From the IMG/VR virus record IMGVR_UViG_2713896789_000020: a DNA stretch of 16,256 nt. The stretch is one strand, 5' to 3'. This stretch comes from a virus (taxonomy: Duplodnaviria > Heunggongvirae > Uroviricota > Caudoviricetes). This document shows, piece after piece, positions 6,933-15,749 of the stretch (its first letter is position 1; each line of letters starts with the position of its first letter). The translations under genes were made by a program, and so were the position numbers. Below the pieces are notes generated by a model, which searched no databases, was not told where the DNA came from, and saw only the letters and a program-made list of their open reading frames with translations.

Positions 6933-7139
6933 CTAATTATTGGACGAAATTGGTTTTTGCTTTGGTTTAGTTAGCCTAGCAATCAAGCCAGAGGCAATAA
7001 TGATGATCCAAGCAATTTGATGCAATGCTACTCCAATATAAGAACCTTTATAGATAATAAAGGCATAGATCGCTAGAAACGAAATAAATATCCATAACGA
7101 AAGTTGATAAATTTTGGCGCGCATATTTAATCCAATCAA
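6933..7139 (-). CDS. Small putative inner-membrane protein, 68 aa, two predicted TM helices; AT-rich, unknown function
   Basis: MIGLNMRAKIYQLSLWIFISFLAIYAFIIYKGSYIGVALHQIAWIIIIASGLIARLTKPKQKPISSNN; hydrophobic stretches and basic C-terminus; divergent from the lipoprotein operon. Confidence 0.45.
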   Translation of the reverse strand: MIGLNMRAKIYQLSLWIFISFLAIYAFIIYKGSYIGVALHQIAWIIIIASGLIARLTKPKQKPISSNN

Positions 7140-7380
7140 TCAGAAAGACGAGTAATCATAGAGGTACTATCACCCGGGTAACTATTGCTATTATGAACGG
7201 ATAGGATAGAGGCTTCAATAACATATGCATCAAGTATGATGGAATATGTAGGTGAAAATGACTTGTGTCAAATTTGTGGAAATGAGTACCATGTTTCTCT
7301 GAAATTGATGTCGTTAATGGCTAGTGATAGTGAACTTTTTTACTTTATAATTCCTTTGGTTATAACAATAAGGTAAATTT

Positions 7381-7941
7381 ATGAAGAAGATAATATTATT
7401 AGCCATGATTATTGGTTCTTTAACAGGTTGCGCTAGTGTGCCACCATTGAATTTTTCAACACCTAACGTGGGAGTTAGCCAGAAAAAAATAGATGCTGAA
7501 ATTAAGTCATTAACGGTATCACTTGCTCGTCCAGATGAGCAGAAAGGGGATATCACTGCTGGTATGGAGGCTATAACTCCAATTTGGCGTGAATCTTTGC
7601 AGGAAGCACTCGACCGAATGACTATTTTTCGTGATAGTTCACCAAATACGGTTAGCTTAAATGTTAAAGTGTTGGCTCTTGACGTTCCTGCTTTTGGTGT
7701 TTCAATGACAACTAAAGCAATTGCAAGGTATGAAATAATCAACCGTGCGAATGGTGATATTATATATACGCAGGATATTGAGTCTACCGGTACTGTTCCA
7801 GCCAGTTACGCATTCTACGGTATTGTTCGAGCACGCGAATCTGTTAATCGCGCGGTGCAAAACAACATAACGCAGTTCTTGCAAGCATTAGAAAGTGTTG
7901 ATCTTTCTCGTCCAATGTTTCCTGTTAGGGTAGCTAAATGA
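7381..7941 (+). CDS. Lipoprotein of unknown function, 186 aa (lipobox LTGC)
   Basis: MKKIILLAMIIGSLTGCASV… signal peptide plus lipobox; AAGGT Shine-Dalgarno; stop overlaps the next gene start (ATGA at 7938-7941); AT-rich. Confidence 0.8.
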   Translation: MKKIILLAMIIGSLTGCASVPPLNFSTPNVGVSQKKIDAEIKSLTVSLARPDEQKGDITAGMEAITPIWRESLQEALDRMTIFRDSSPNTVSLNVKVLALDVPAFGVSMTTKAIARYEIINRANGDIIYTQDIESTGTVPASYAFYGIVRARESVNRAVQNNITQFLQALESVDLSRPMFPVRVAK

Positions 7942-8390
7942 AGCGATTATTCGTAATTGCTCCACTCTTAGTGTTGGTTGGATGCGCACAAAATATATCG
8001 CCAAATAGTTATTCTGTTGGCTCTGTGGGCATGGTTAATCGAACTATCGCTGGTACAGTTATTAGTGCTAGGGGGGTTGATATCAGTGGGACTTCCGCGT
8101 TAGGCGGGACTGCTGGGGCTGCCGTGGGGGCAACCGCTGGTTCTGCGCTTGGTGGGGGAGTTCGTTCTAATATCGTTGGTGCCGTTGGTGGTGCAGTCAT
8201 TGGTGGTATTGCCGGGGCAGCAATCGAATCTTCAGCAACAAAACAAACAGGCATGGAATATGTTGTCGAAACTGAGAATGGGAATTTAATGACCATTGTT
8301 CAAGGCAAAGATCCGTTATTTACTCAAGGAAGTAAGGTCCTTGTTTTATACGGAAACCCTTCTCGCATAATAACAGACCCGCGTCACTAA
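7938..8390 (+). CDS. SlyB-like outer-membrane lipoprotein with glycine-zipper domain, 150 aa (lipobox LVGC)
   Basis: Signal peptide plus lipobox, then Gly/Ala zipper region (GGTAGAAVGATAGSALGGGVRSNIVGAVGGAVIGGIAGAAI) and a C-terminal module resembling SlyB/Pcp (…MEYVVETENGNLMTIVQGKDPLFTQGSKVLVLYGNPSRI); from recall of SlyB. Confidence 0.85.
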   Translation: MKRLFVIAPLLVLVGCAQNISPNSYSVGSVGMVNRTIAGTVISARGVDISGTSALGGTAGAAVGATAGSALGGGVRSNIVGAVGGAVIGGIAGAAIESSATKQTGMEYVVETENGNLMTIVQGKDPLFTQGSKVLVLYGNPSRIITDPRH

Positions 8391-8398
8391 CATACCTT

Positions 8399-8427
8399 TT
8401 GATTTTGTAAAATCAATTCGTAATAAT
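8399..8427 (+). promoter_or_regulatory. Candidate sigma70 promoter (TTGATT, 17-bp spacer, AATAAT) upstream of the nin-Q operon, followed by a 10-bp-stem hairpin at 8432-8461
   Basis: Hexamers and spacing read directly; no experimental support. Confidence 0.3.
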
Positions 8428-8580
8428 AAAGTCATCGGAGCTTGAACAACTCCGGTGACTTCTGCGCTAAACGGGGACGTTTATGCGCACATACAATCCA
8501 AACTCTCTTCTCCCTTCACAGATGCAGAAATGCACCTGCGATTTTTTGCATCCAGCGTCTGACCTCTGCGGAGGTGAAGC

Positions 8581-9036
8581 GTGAACCTACCACAAGATGG
8601 CATCAAACTGCATCGCGGTAACTTCACCGCTATCGGCCAGCAGATCCAGCCTTATCTGGAGGACGGAAAATGCTTTCGCATGGTGCTTAAACCGTGGCGT
8701 GAGAAACGCAGTCTTTCCCAGAATGCACTCAGCCACATGTGGTACAGCGAAATCAGTGAATACCTCATCAGCAGGGGGAAATCGTTCGCTACCGCAGCAT
8801 GGGTAAAAGATGCTCTCAAACACACATACCTCGGTTATGAAACCAAGGACCTGGTTGATGTCGTAACCGGCGAAATCACTACTATCCAGTCGTTACGCCA
8901 TACCTCCGATCTTGATACCGGAGAGATGTATATCTTCCTGTGTAAGGTTGAAGCCTGGGCGGTGAATATTGGCTGCCACCTGACTATTCCGCAGAGCTGC
9001 GAGTTCCAGCAGCTCCGCGACAAACAGGAGGCGTAA
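8581..9036 (+). CDS. ybcN: NinB-family protein (DLP12 YbcN-like), 151 aa, GTG start
   Basis: [55 protein letters not shown]… matches YbcN/NinB family as recalled; GGAGG Shine-Dalgarno upstream of GTG. Confidence 0.85.
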   Translation: MNLPQDGIKLHRGNFTAIGQQIQPYLEDGKCFRMVLKPWREKRSLSQNALSHMWYSEISEYLISRGKSFATAAWVKDALKHTYLGYETKDLVDVVTGEITTIQSLRHTSDLDTGEMYIFLCKVEAWAVNIGCHLTIPQSCEFQQLRDKQEA

Positions 9037-9206
9037 TGGCTACACCGCTTATTCGTGTCATGAACGGACACATCTACAGAGTACCAAATCGTCGTAAGCG
9101 TAAACCGGAGCTGAAGCCTTCCGAAATACCAACACTGCTCGGATATACCGCCAGCCTGGTTGATAAAAAATGGTTGCGACTGGCAGCAAGGAGGAGTCAT
9201 GGCTGA
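9036..9206 (+). CDS. ninE: NinE-family small protein, 56 aa
   Basis: Own translation [56 protein letters not shown]; start overlaps ybcN stop (TAATG); not in ORF track (short). Confidence 0.8.
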   Translation: MATPLIRVMNGHIYRVPNRRKRKPELKPSEIPTLLGYTASLVDKKWLRLAARRSHG

Positions 9207-9489
9207 TTTGAGAAAAGCAGCGCGTGGTCGGGAATGCCAGGTAAGAATCCCTGGCGTATGTAATGGCAACCCTGAAACGTCTGTACTGGCACATATCCGG
9301 CTGACTGGATTGTGCGGCACCGGTACGAAACCGCCAGACCTGATTGCCACCATTGCATGTTCTGCCTGCCACGACGAAATCGACCGCCGCACACATTTTG
9401 TCGATGCTGCATATGCAAAAGAATGCGCGCTGGAAGGTATGGCGAGAACACAGGTTATCTGGCTGAAAGAGGGGGTTATTAAGGCGTGA
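9199..9489 (+). CDS. ybcO: DLP12 YbcO-like protein (DUF1364, Cys-rich putative nuclease), 96 aa
   Basis: [64 protein letters not shown]…; AGGAGG Shine-Dalgarno 4 nt upstream of ATG 9199; overlaps ninE end. Confidence 0.8.
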   Translation: MADLRKAARGRECQVRIPGVCNGNPETSVLAHIRLTGLCGTGTKPPDLIATIACSACHDEIDRRTHFVDAAYAKECALEGMARTQVIWLKEGVIKA

Positions 9490-9848
9490 ATACCTACAGC
9501 ATCACATTACCCTGGCCTCCGAGCAATAATCGCTATTACCGCCATAATCGCGGGCGCACACACATCAGCGCAGAAGGGCAGGCATACCGCGATAACGTCA
9601 CCCGAATCATTAAAAACGCAATGCTGGATATCGGCCTGGCTATGCCAGTGAAAATCCGTATTGAGTGCCACATGCCGGATCGCCGTCGCCGTGACCTGGA
9701 TAATCTGCAAAAAGCCGCTTTTGACGCACTCACCAAAGCAGGTTTCTGGCTGGATGATGCTCAGGTCGTTGATTACCGCGTTGTGAAGATGCCTGTTACC
9801 AAAGGTGGGAGGCTGGAACTGACCATCACCGAAATGGGGAATGAATGA
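9486..9848 (+). CDS. rusA: RusA Holliday-junction resolvase, 120 aa (GTG start overlapping ybcO stop)
   Basis: [103 protein letters not shown]… matches E. coli RusA. Confidence 0.95.
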   Translation: MNTYSITLPWPPSNNRYYRHNRGRTHISAEGQAYRDNVTRIIKNAMLDIGLAMPVKIRIECHMPDRRRRDLDNLQKAAFDALTKAGFWLDDAQVVDYRVVKMPVTKGGRLELTITEMGNE

Positions 9849-9985
9849 TGTTTGAGTTTAATATGGCAGAACTTCTTCGCCACCGCTGGATGCGCCTGCG
9901 CTTATATCGTTTCCCCAGTTCTGTTTTGACCGATTACCGAATACTGAGGAATTACGCCAAAACCCTGACAGGAGCAGGAGTATGA
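9845..9985 (+). CDS. ylcG: YlcG-like small protein, 46 aa
   Basis: Own translation [46 protein letters not shown]; ATG overlaps rusA stop (ATGA). Confidence 0.7.
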   Translation: MMFEFNMAELLRHRWMRLRLYRFPSSVLTDYRILRNYAKTLTGAGV

Positions 9986-10070
9986 AGTCAGAGATAACAA
10001 TCAACTAATACTGTTTTATTGATTTTTGCTTGTAATTGGCGTTCTGGTCTGATTTTTGTGGAGTAAGTTG

Positions 10071-10454
10071 ATGCGTGATATTCAGATGGTTCTTGAGCGT
10101 TGGGGAGCGTGGGCGGCTAATAATCATGAAGATGTGACCTGGTCGTCCATTGCCGCCGGTTATAAGGGATTAATTACTTCAAAAGTAAAATCTCGCCCGC
10201 AATGTTGTGACGATGACGCGATGATCATTTGCGGGTGCATGGCCCGTCTGAAAAAGAACAACAGCGATTTGCACGATTTATTAGTAGATTATTATGTAGT
10301 CGGTATGACATTCATGTCACTGGCAGGTAAGCATTGCTGCTCTGATGGTTATATCGGGAAAAGGTTACAGAAAGCTGAGGGTATAATTGAAGGGATGTTA
10401 ATGGCATTAGATATCCGGTTAGAGATGGATATCGTTGTTAATAACTCTAATTAA
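10071..10454 (+). CDS. quuD: Q-type late antiterminator, DLP12 QuuD / phage 21 Q family, 127 aa
   Basis: [81 protein letters not shown]…; GGAG Shine-Dalgarno upstream of ATG 10071; ORF track lists a longer in-frame extension from 10056. Confidence 0.88.
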   Translation: MRDIQMVLERWGAWAANNHEDVTWSSIAAGYKGLITSKVKSRPQCCDDDAMIICGCMARLKKNNSDLHDLLVDYYVVGMTFMSLAGKHCCSDGYIGKRLQKAEGIIEGMLMALDIRLEMDIVVNNSN

Positions 10455-10487
10455 TATGCCAATTGTTTACTAAAAATTATTAAAAAT

Positions 10488-10505
10488 GGGGCGTTGAGAC
10501 GCCCC
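10488..10505. terminator. GC-rich hairpin (ggggcg ttgaga cgcccc) between quuD and the porin gene, with A/T runs on both sides; possible bidirectional terminator
   Basis: Read directly. Confidence 0.45.
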
Positions 10506-10571
10506 CAAAAATAAAGGGTAATATATAACAGAAGGTTTATATAGTTAGAAGCAAGGTTGTGCTCCTAAAGG

Positions 10572-10627
10572 AAGTGGCTTGAGGGAGCCACTTATATGTT
10601 GGGGAGGCAAAGCCTCCCGCAACATAT
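10572..10627 (-). terminator. Two adjacent hairpins just downstream of the porin stop (8-bp stem at 10572-10593; 15-bp imperfect stem at 10594-10627); probable porin transcript terminator/stabiliser
   Basis: Inverted repeats aagtggct…agccactt and atatgttggggaggc aaa gcctcccgcaacatat read directly. Confidence 0.45.
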
Positions 10628-10642
10628 CTTTTAGTAATCAAA

Positions 10643-11725
10643 TTAGAACTGGTAAACCATACCTACAGCAACGATATCATCGGTAGCAACGCCAGATGCT
10701 TTCGTGAAATCGCTCTTATCAATCAGGTTGATTTTGTAATCAACAAAAGTGGACATATTTTTGTTGAAGTAATAGGTTGCACCTACATCAATATATTCAA
10801 CCAGGTCCTGATCACCCCACGCACCCAAGTCTTTTCCTTTAGATTGCAGGTAAGCAACGGACGGACGCAGACCGAAGTCGAACTGATATTGTGCAACTAC
10901 TTCGAAGTTTTGTGCTTTGTTGGCAATATGGTTATTACCAAAAACAGTCATGTTCTGGGTTTCAGAATAGGTGGTAGCCAGATAGATGTTGTTCGCATCA
11001 TATTTCAGACCAGCTGCCCATACTTCAGCATTTTGACCAGATGCATTCAGGCTGTTGTTACCGTAGATAACCTGATTATTAGTGCGGTCAGATTTAGCAT
11101 AGGTTGCACCTACACCGAATCCTTCATACTCATAAGTAGTGGAGAAACCGAAACCATCACCATTAGCTTCAGTTACGTCAGTGCGGTCATTTTTACCCTG
11201 ATACTGAGCAGCAAAGTTCAGACCATCAACCAGACCAAAGAAGTCATTGTTACGATAAGTTGCAACACCTGTGGTGCGACCAGTCATGAATACATCTGTT
11301 TGGGTCCAGGTATCGCCACCGAATTCTGGCAGAACGTCGGTCCATGCACCAATATCGTATGCTACACCGTAGTTACGGCCATAATCGATGGAGCCGTAGT
11401 CACCGAATTTCAGGCCAGCGAAGGCAAGACGGGTTTTATCTTTGGAGGAACCTTGAGATTCAGCGCGGTTGCCTTTGAATTCATATTCCCACTGACCGAA
11501 ACCAGTCAGTTGATCGTTGATTTGGGTTTCACCTTTGAAGCCAAGACGGGCATAAGTAGTATCACCATCATCTGCATCATTAGAGGAGAAGTAGTGCTTA
11601 GCATTAACTTTCCCGTACAGATCCAGCTTGTTACTGTCTTTATTATAAATTTCAGCTGCCTGAGCAGACATCGCCATCAGTACTGATGCAGCTACAGCAG
11701 AAATTGCCACTGTTAATTTTTTCAT
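10643..11725 (-). CDS. nmpC: Prophage-encoded general porin of the OmpC/OmpF/PhoE family (NmpC/Lc-like), 360 aa, apparently intact
   Basis: Signal peptide [23 protein letters not shown]; porin signature regions (LDLYGKV…, …[14 protein letters not shown]…), C-terminal …VAVGMVYQF; position between Q and the lysis genes as in DLP12/PA-2. Confidence 0.93.
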   Translation of the reverse strand: MKKLTVAISAVAASVLMAMSAQAAEIYNKDSNKLDLYGKVNAKHYFSSNDADDGDTTYARLGFKGETQINDQLTGFGQWEYEFKGNRAESQGSSKDKTRLAFAGLKFGDYGSIDYGRNYGVAYDIGAWTDVLPEFGGDTWTQTDVFMTGRTTGVATYRNNDFFGLVDGLNFAAQYQGKNDRTDVTEANGDGFGFSTTYEYEGFGVGATYAKSDRTNNQVIYGNNSLNASGQNAEVWAAGLKYDANNIYLATTYSETQNMTVFGNNHIANKAQNFEVVAQYQFDFGLRPSVAYLQSKGKDLGAWGDQDLVEYIDVGATYYFNKNMSTFVDYKINLIDKSDFTKASGVATDDIVAVGMVYQF

Positions 11726-12152
11726 CGTGAGCCCTTTTTTTTGAACTATTATTAAAAAATGATGTCACTGCGCGATAAATATTCATCTAATCAATGTGAT
11801 TATTTCAAGATGTAAGTTTTGGTTTCTCATTTGATTTGTGAAGTAGATCTCTATTTTTATCTGAACTTTTTCTATCGAATCCTATTCATGGCTCTTGGCT
11901 GAATAAAAATAAATCTATTAGCCAATTTATATTAATGGCTGTTATTTATAAGTGCTCTATAATTTGAAGATTCAATTTAAACCAGCTAAAAATAACGCTG
12001 GAAATTATTTGTTGGTTATTTGTTGAGATTTGCTTATGTATTTGTAGTGGTGTTTTCAATACTCGGTAGCATTCTCGCAAATATCATTTAGTGGTTTACG
12101 TACGTAAAAAATTGGTTATGCTGTTAAGAGTGGTTACTTCGTCACACAGCTT

Positions 12153-12186
12153 AAACCCGCCGTCGAGCGGGTTTTTCCATTTTTTG
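12153..12186 (+). terminator. Intrinsic terminator upstream of the holin gene (stem aaacccgc/gcgggttt, loop cgtcga, then T-runs); candidate tR'-equivalent that Q-modified polymerase reads through
   Basis: Hairpin plus T-runs read directly; lambda-like placement between the expected late promoter region and S. Confidence 0.55.
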
Positions 12187-12313
12187 AGTCTCGATATTAG
12201 CTGATAACCCAATACCTGAGTTATTCACTGACTCCGAGTCTGTTACGTTTCTGCTTTTTTGCGATACGTTGTATTCCCTCAATTTACACCCGCTTTGTCT
12301 GCGAGGTGGGGTT

Positions 12314-12529
12314 ATGAAATCCATGGATAAGTTAACAACGGGTGTCGCCTATGGCACCTCAGCAGGTAGTGCCGGTTACTGGTTTTTACAGCTGCTCGAT
12401 AAAGTCACGCCCTCACAGTGGGCAGCAATAGGTGTGCTGGGTAGCCTGGTATTTGGCCTGCTGACGTACCTGACAAACCTTTATTTCAAGATTAAAGAAG
12501 ATAAGCGCAAGGCTGCGAGAGGTGAATAA
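12314..12529 (+). CDS. S: Class II holin, phage 21 S21-type pinholin, 71 aa, with dual-start motif MKSMDK
   Basis: [71 protein letters not shown] matches S21/EssD; two in-frame ATGs (12314 and 12323). Confidence 0.9.
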
Positions 12530-13026
12530 TGCCTCCATCATTACGAAAAGCCGTTGCTGCTGCTATTGGTGGCGGAGCAATTGCTATAGCATCAGTGTTA
12601 ATTACTGGCCCAAGTGGTAACGATGGTCTGGAAGGTGTCAGCTACGTACCATACAAAGATATCGTTGGCGTATGGACTGTATGTCACGGACACACCGGAA
12701 AAGACATCATGCTCGGTAAAACGTATACCAAAGCAGAATGCAAAGCACTCTTGAATAAAGACCTTGCCACTGTCGCCAGACAAATTAACCCGTACATCAA
12801 AGTCGATATACCGGAAACAACGCGCGGCGCTCTTTACTCATTCGTTTACAACGTGGGTGCTGGCAATTTCAGAACATCGACGCTTCTTCGCAAAATAAAC
12901 CAGGGCGATATCAAAGGCGCATGTGATCAGCTACGTCGCTGGACATATGCTGGCGGTAAGCAATGGAAAGGTCTCATGACTCGTCGTGAGATTGAGCGTG
13001 AAATCTGTTTGTGGGGTCAGCAATGA
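12529..13026 (+). CDS. R: SAR endolysin (signal-anchor-release lysozyme, R21/RrrD-like), 165 aa
   Basis: N-terminal Gly/Ala-rich SAR segment ([23 protein letters not shown]) then lysozyme-like domain; start overlaps holin stop (TAATG). Confidence 0.9.
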   Translation: MPPSLRKAVAAAIGGGAIAIASVLITGPSGNDGLEGVSYVPYKDIVGVWTVCHGHTGKDIMLGKTYTKAECKALLNKDLATVARQINPYIKVDIPETTRGALYSFVYNVGAGNFRTSTLLRKINQGDIKGACDQLRRWTYAGGKQWKGLMTRREIEREICLWGQQ

Positions 13027-13484
13027 ACAGAGTAACCGCGATTATCTCCGCTCTGGTTATCTGCATCATCGTCTACCTGTCATGGGCTGTTAATCATTAC
13101 CGTGATAACGCCATTACCTACAAAGCCCAGCGCGACAAAAATGCCAGAGAACTGAAGCTGGCGAACGCGGCAATTACTGACATGCAGATGCGTCAGCGTG
13201 ATGTTGCTGCGCTCGATGCAAAATACACGAAGGAGTTAGCTGATGCGAAAGCTGAAAATGATGCTCTGCGTGATGATGTTGCCGCTGGTCGTCGTCGGTT
13301 GCACATCAAAGCAGTCTGTCAGTCAGTGCGTGAAGCCACCACCGCCTCCGGCGTGGATAATGCAGCCTCCCCCCGACTGGCAGACACCGCTGAACGGGAT
13401 TATTTCACCCTCAGAGAGAGGCTGATCACTATGCAAAAACAACTGGAAGGAACCCAGAAGTATATTAATGAGCAGTGCAGATAG
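13023..13484 (+). CDS. Rz: Rz i-spanin
   Basis: [21 protein letters not shown]… N-terminal TM segment then coiled-coil periplasmic domain; ATG overlaps endolysin stop (ATGA). Confidence 0.85.
   Translation: MNRVTAIISALVICIIVYLSWAVNHYRDNAITYKAQRDKNARELKLANAAITDMQMRQRDVAALDAKYTKELADAKAENDALRDDVAAGRRRLHIKAVCQSVREATTASGVDNAASPRLADTAERDYFTLRERLITMQKQLEGTQKYINEQCR
13243..13425 (+). CDS. Rz1: Rz1 o-spanin lipoprotein, embedded in the +1 frame of Rz
   Basis: [24 protein letters not shown]… lipobox VVGC and proline-rich mature part ([15 protein letters not shown]), entirely inside Rz. Confidence 0.8.
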   Translation: MRKLKMMLCVMMLPLVVVGCTSKQSVSQCVKPPPPPAWIMQPPPDWQTPLNGIISPSERG

Positions 13485-13515
13485 AGTTGCCCATATCGAT
13501 GGGCAACTCATGCAA

Positions 13516-13809
13516 TTATTGTGAGCAATACACACGCGCTTCCAGCGGAGTATAAATGCCTAAAGTAATAAAACCGAGCAATCCATTTACGAATGTTTGC
13601 TGGGTTTCTGTTTTAACAACATTTTCTGCGCCGCCACAAATTTTGGCTGCATCGACAGTTTTCTTCTGCCCAATTCCAGAAACGAAGAAATGATGGGTGA
13701 TGGTTTCCTTTGGTGCTACTGCTGCCGGTTTGTTTTGAACAGTAAACGTCTGTTGAGCACATCCTGTAATAAGCAGGGCCAGCGCAGTAGCGAGTAGCAT
13801 TTTTTTCAT
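13516..13809 (-). CDS. bor: Bor serum-resistance outer-membrane lipoprotein, 97 aa
   Basis: MKKMLLATALALLITGCAQQTFTVQNKPAAVAPKETITHHFFVSGIGQKKTVDAAKICGGAENVVKTETQQTFVNGLLGFITLGIYTPLEARVYCSQ matches lambda Bor. Confidence 0.95.
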   Translation of the reverse strand: MKKMLLATALALLITGCAQQTFTVQNKPAAVAPKETITHHFFVSGIGQKKTVDAAKICGGAENVVKTETQQTFVNGLLGFITLGIYTPLEARVYCSQ

Positions 13810-14099
13810 GGTGTTATTCCCGATGCTTTTTGAAGTTCGCAGAATCGTATGTGTAGAAAATTAAACAAACCCTAAACAATGAGTTGAAATTTCATATTGT
13901 TAATATTTATTAATGTATGTCAGGTGCGATGAATCGTCATTGTATTCCCGGATTAACTATGTCCACAGCCCTGACGGGGAACTTCTCTGCGGGAGTGTCC
14001 GGGAATAATTAAAAACGATGCACACAGGGTTTAGCGCGTACACGTATTGCATTATGCCAACGCCCCGGTGCTGACACGGAAGAAACCGGACGTTATGAT

Positions 14100-14633
14100 T
14101 TAGCGTGGAAAGATTTGTGTAGTGTTCTGAATGCTCTCAGTAAATAGTAATGAATTATCAAAGGTATAGTAATATCTTTTATGTTCATGGATATTTGTAA
14201 CCCATCGGAAAACTCCTGCTTTAGCAAGATTTTCCCTGTATTGCTGAAATGTGATTTCTCTTGATTTCAACCTATCATAGGACGTTTCTATAAGATGCGT
14301 GTTTCTTGAGAATTTAACATTTACAACCTTTTTAAGTCCTTTTATTAACACGGTGTTATCGTTTTCTAACACGATGTGAATATTATCTGTGGCTAGATAG
14401 TAAATATAATGTGAGACGTTGTGACGTTTTAGTTCAGAATAAAACAATTCACAGTTTAAATCTTTTCGCACTTGATCGAATATTTCTTTAAAAATGGCAA
14501 CCTGAGCCATTGGTAAAACCTTCCATGTGATACGAGGGCGCGTAGTTTGCATTATCGTTTTTATCGTTTCAATCTGGTCTGACCTCTTTGTGTTTTGTTG
14601 ATGATTTATGTCAAATATTAGGAATGTTTTCAC
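14100..14633 (-). CDS. Hypothetical protein, 177 aa, AT-rich; cos-proximal gene, likely DLP12 YbcV / DUF1398-like
   Basis: Complete ORF; family assignment from position and recall only. Confidence 0.6.
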   Translation of the reverse strand: MKTFLIFDINHQQNTKRSDQIETIKTIMQTTRPRITWKVLPMAQVAIFKEIFDQVRKDLNCELFYSELKRHNVSHYIYYLATDNIHIVLENDNTVLIKGLKKVVNVKFSRNTHLIETSYDRLKSREITFQQYRENLAKAGVFRWVTNIHEHKRYYYTFDNSLLFTESIQNTTQIFPR

Positions 14634-14795
14634 TTAATAGTATTGGTTGCGTAACAAAGTGCGGTCCTGCTGGCATTCTGGAGGGAAATACAACCGACAG
14701 ATGTATGTAAGGCCAACGTGCTCAAATCTTCATACAGAAAGATTTGAAGTAATATTTTAACCGCTAGATGAAGAGCAAGCGCATGGAGCGACAAA

Positions 14796-15002
14796 ATGAA
14801 TAAAGAACAATCTGCTGATGATCCCTCCGTGGATCTGATTCGTGTAAAAAATATGCTTAATAGCACCATTTCTATGAGTTACCCTGATGTTGTAATTGCA
14901 TGTATAGAACATAAGGTGTCTCTGGAAGCATTCAGAGCAATTGAGGCAGCGTTGGTGAAGCACGATAATAATATGAAGGATTATTCCCTGGTGGTTGACT
15001 GA
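14796..15002 (+). CDS. Small hypothetical protein, 68 aa (DLP12 YbcW-like)
   Basis: [68 protein letters not shown]; length and position match YbcW. Confidence 0.6.
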
Positions 15003-15166
15003 TCACCATAACTGCTAATCATTCAAACTATTTAGCCTGTGACAGAGCCAACACGCAGTCTGTCACTGTCAGGAAAGTGGTAAAACTGCAACTCAATTAC
15101 TGCAATGCCCTCGTAATTAAGTGAATTTACAATATCGTCCTGTTCGGAGGGAAGAACGCGGGATGT

Positions 15167-15361
15167 TCATTCTTCATCACTTTTAATTGATGTATATGCT
15201 CTCTTTTCTGACGTTAGTCTCCGACGGCAGGCTTCAATGACCCAGGCTGAGAAATTCCCGGACCCTTTTTGCTCAAGAGCGATGTTAATTTGTTCAATCA
15301 TTTGGTTAGGAAAGCGGATGTTGCGGGTTGTTGTTCTGCGGGTTCTGTTCTTCGTTGACAT
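15167..15361 (-). CDS. Small basic protein, 64 aa (DLP12 YlcI-like; possible ribbon-helix-helix DNA binder)
   Basis: MSTKNRTRRTTTRNIRFPNQMIEQINIALEQKGSGNFSAWVIEACRRRLTSEKRAYTSIKSDEE; basic N-terminus. Confidence 0.55.
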   Translation of the reverse strand: MSTKNRTRRTTTRNIRFPNQMIEQINIALEQKGSGNFSAWVIEACRRRLTSEKRAYTSIKSDEE

Positions 15362-15560
15362 GAGGTTGCCCCGTATTCAGTGTCGCTGATTTGTATTGTC
15401 TGAAGTTGTTTTTACGTTAAGTTGATGCAGATCAATTAATACGATACCTGCGTCATAATTGATTATTTGACGTGGTTTGATGGCGTAGATGCACGTTGTG
15501 ACATGTAGATGATAATTATTATCATTTTGCGGGTCCTTTCCGGCGATCCGACAGGTTACG

Positions 15561-15572
15561 GGGCGGCGACCT
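15561..15572. other. cos: cosN: lambda 12-nt cohesive-end sequence GGGCGGCGACCT; cosB-like region follows to the nu1 start
   Basis: Exact lambda cos sequence read directly, with the lambda right-end sequence (…ccgacaggttacg) immediately upstream and the lambda left-end sequence downstream. Confidence 0.9.
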
Positions 15573-15749
15573 CGCGGGTTTTCGCTATTTATGAAAATTT
15601 TCCGGTTTAAGGCGTTTCCGTTCTTCTTCGTCATAACTTAATGTTTTTATTTAAAATACCCTCTGAAAAGAAAGGAAGCGACAGGTGCTGAAAGCGAGCT
15701 TTTTGGCCTCTGTCGTTTCCTTTCTCTGTTTTTGTCCGTGGAATGAACA

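Noticed and set aside
7314-7884. Minus-strand ORFs 7314-7742 and 7702-7884
   Set aside because: Antisense to the 186-aa lipoprotein gene, which has a signal peptide, lipobox and coupled downstream gene
8009-8296. Minus-strand 95-aa Pro/Ala-rich ORF
   Set aside because: Reverse-complement shadow of the glycine-zipper region (GGN codons read as NCC on the other strand)
8587-9736. Multiple minus-strand and alternative-frame ORFs across the nin region (for example 8587-8823, 8835-9392, 9058-9396, 9197-9451, 9507-9710, 9536-9736)
   Set aside because: All overlap the well-supported ybcN/ninE/ybcO/rusA genes on the plus strand; compositionally odd (Arg/Cys/Trp-rich)
10844-11686. Plus-strand 280-aa ORF
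   Set aside because: Antisense to the porin gene, which has a signal peptide and a full-length porin-family match
12598-13797. ORFs 12598-12783 (minus), 13323-13535 (minus), 13597-13797 (plus)
   Set aside because: Antisense to endolysin, Rz and bor respectively
14630-14963. Minus-strand ORFs 14630-14869 and 14757-14963
   Set aside because: Overlap the YbcW-like plus-strand gene and intergenic DNA; no ribosome-binding site; weak composition
15377-15634. Minus-strand 85-aa ORF
   Set aside because: Spans cosN and the lambda right-end sequence, which are known non-coding packaging signals
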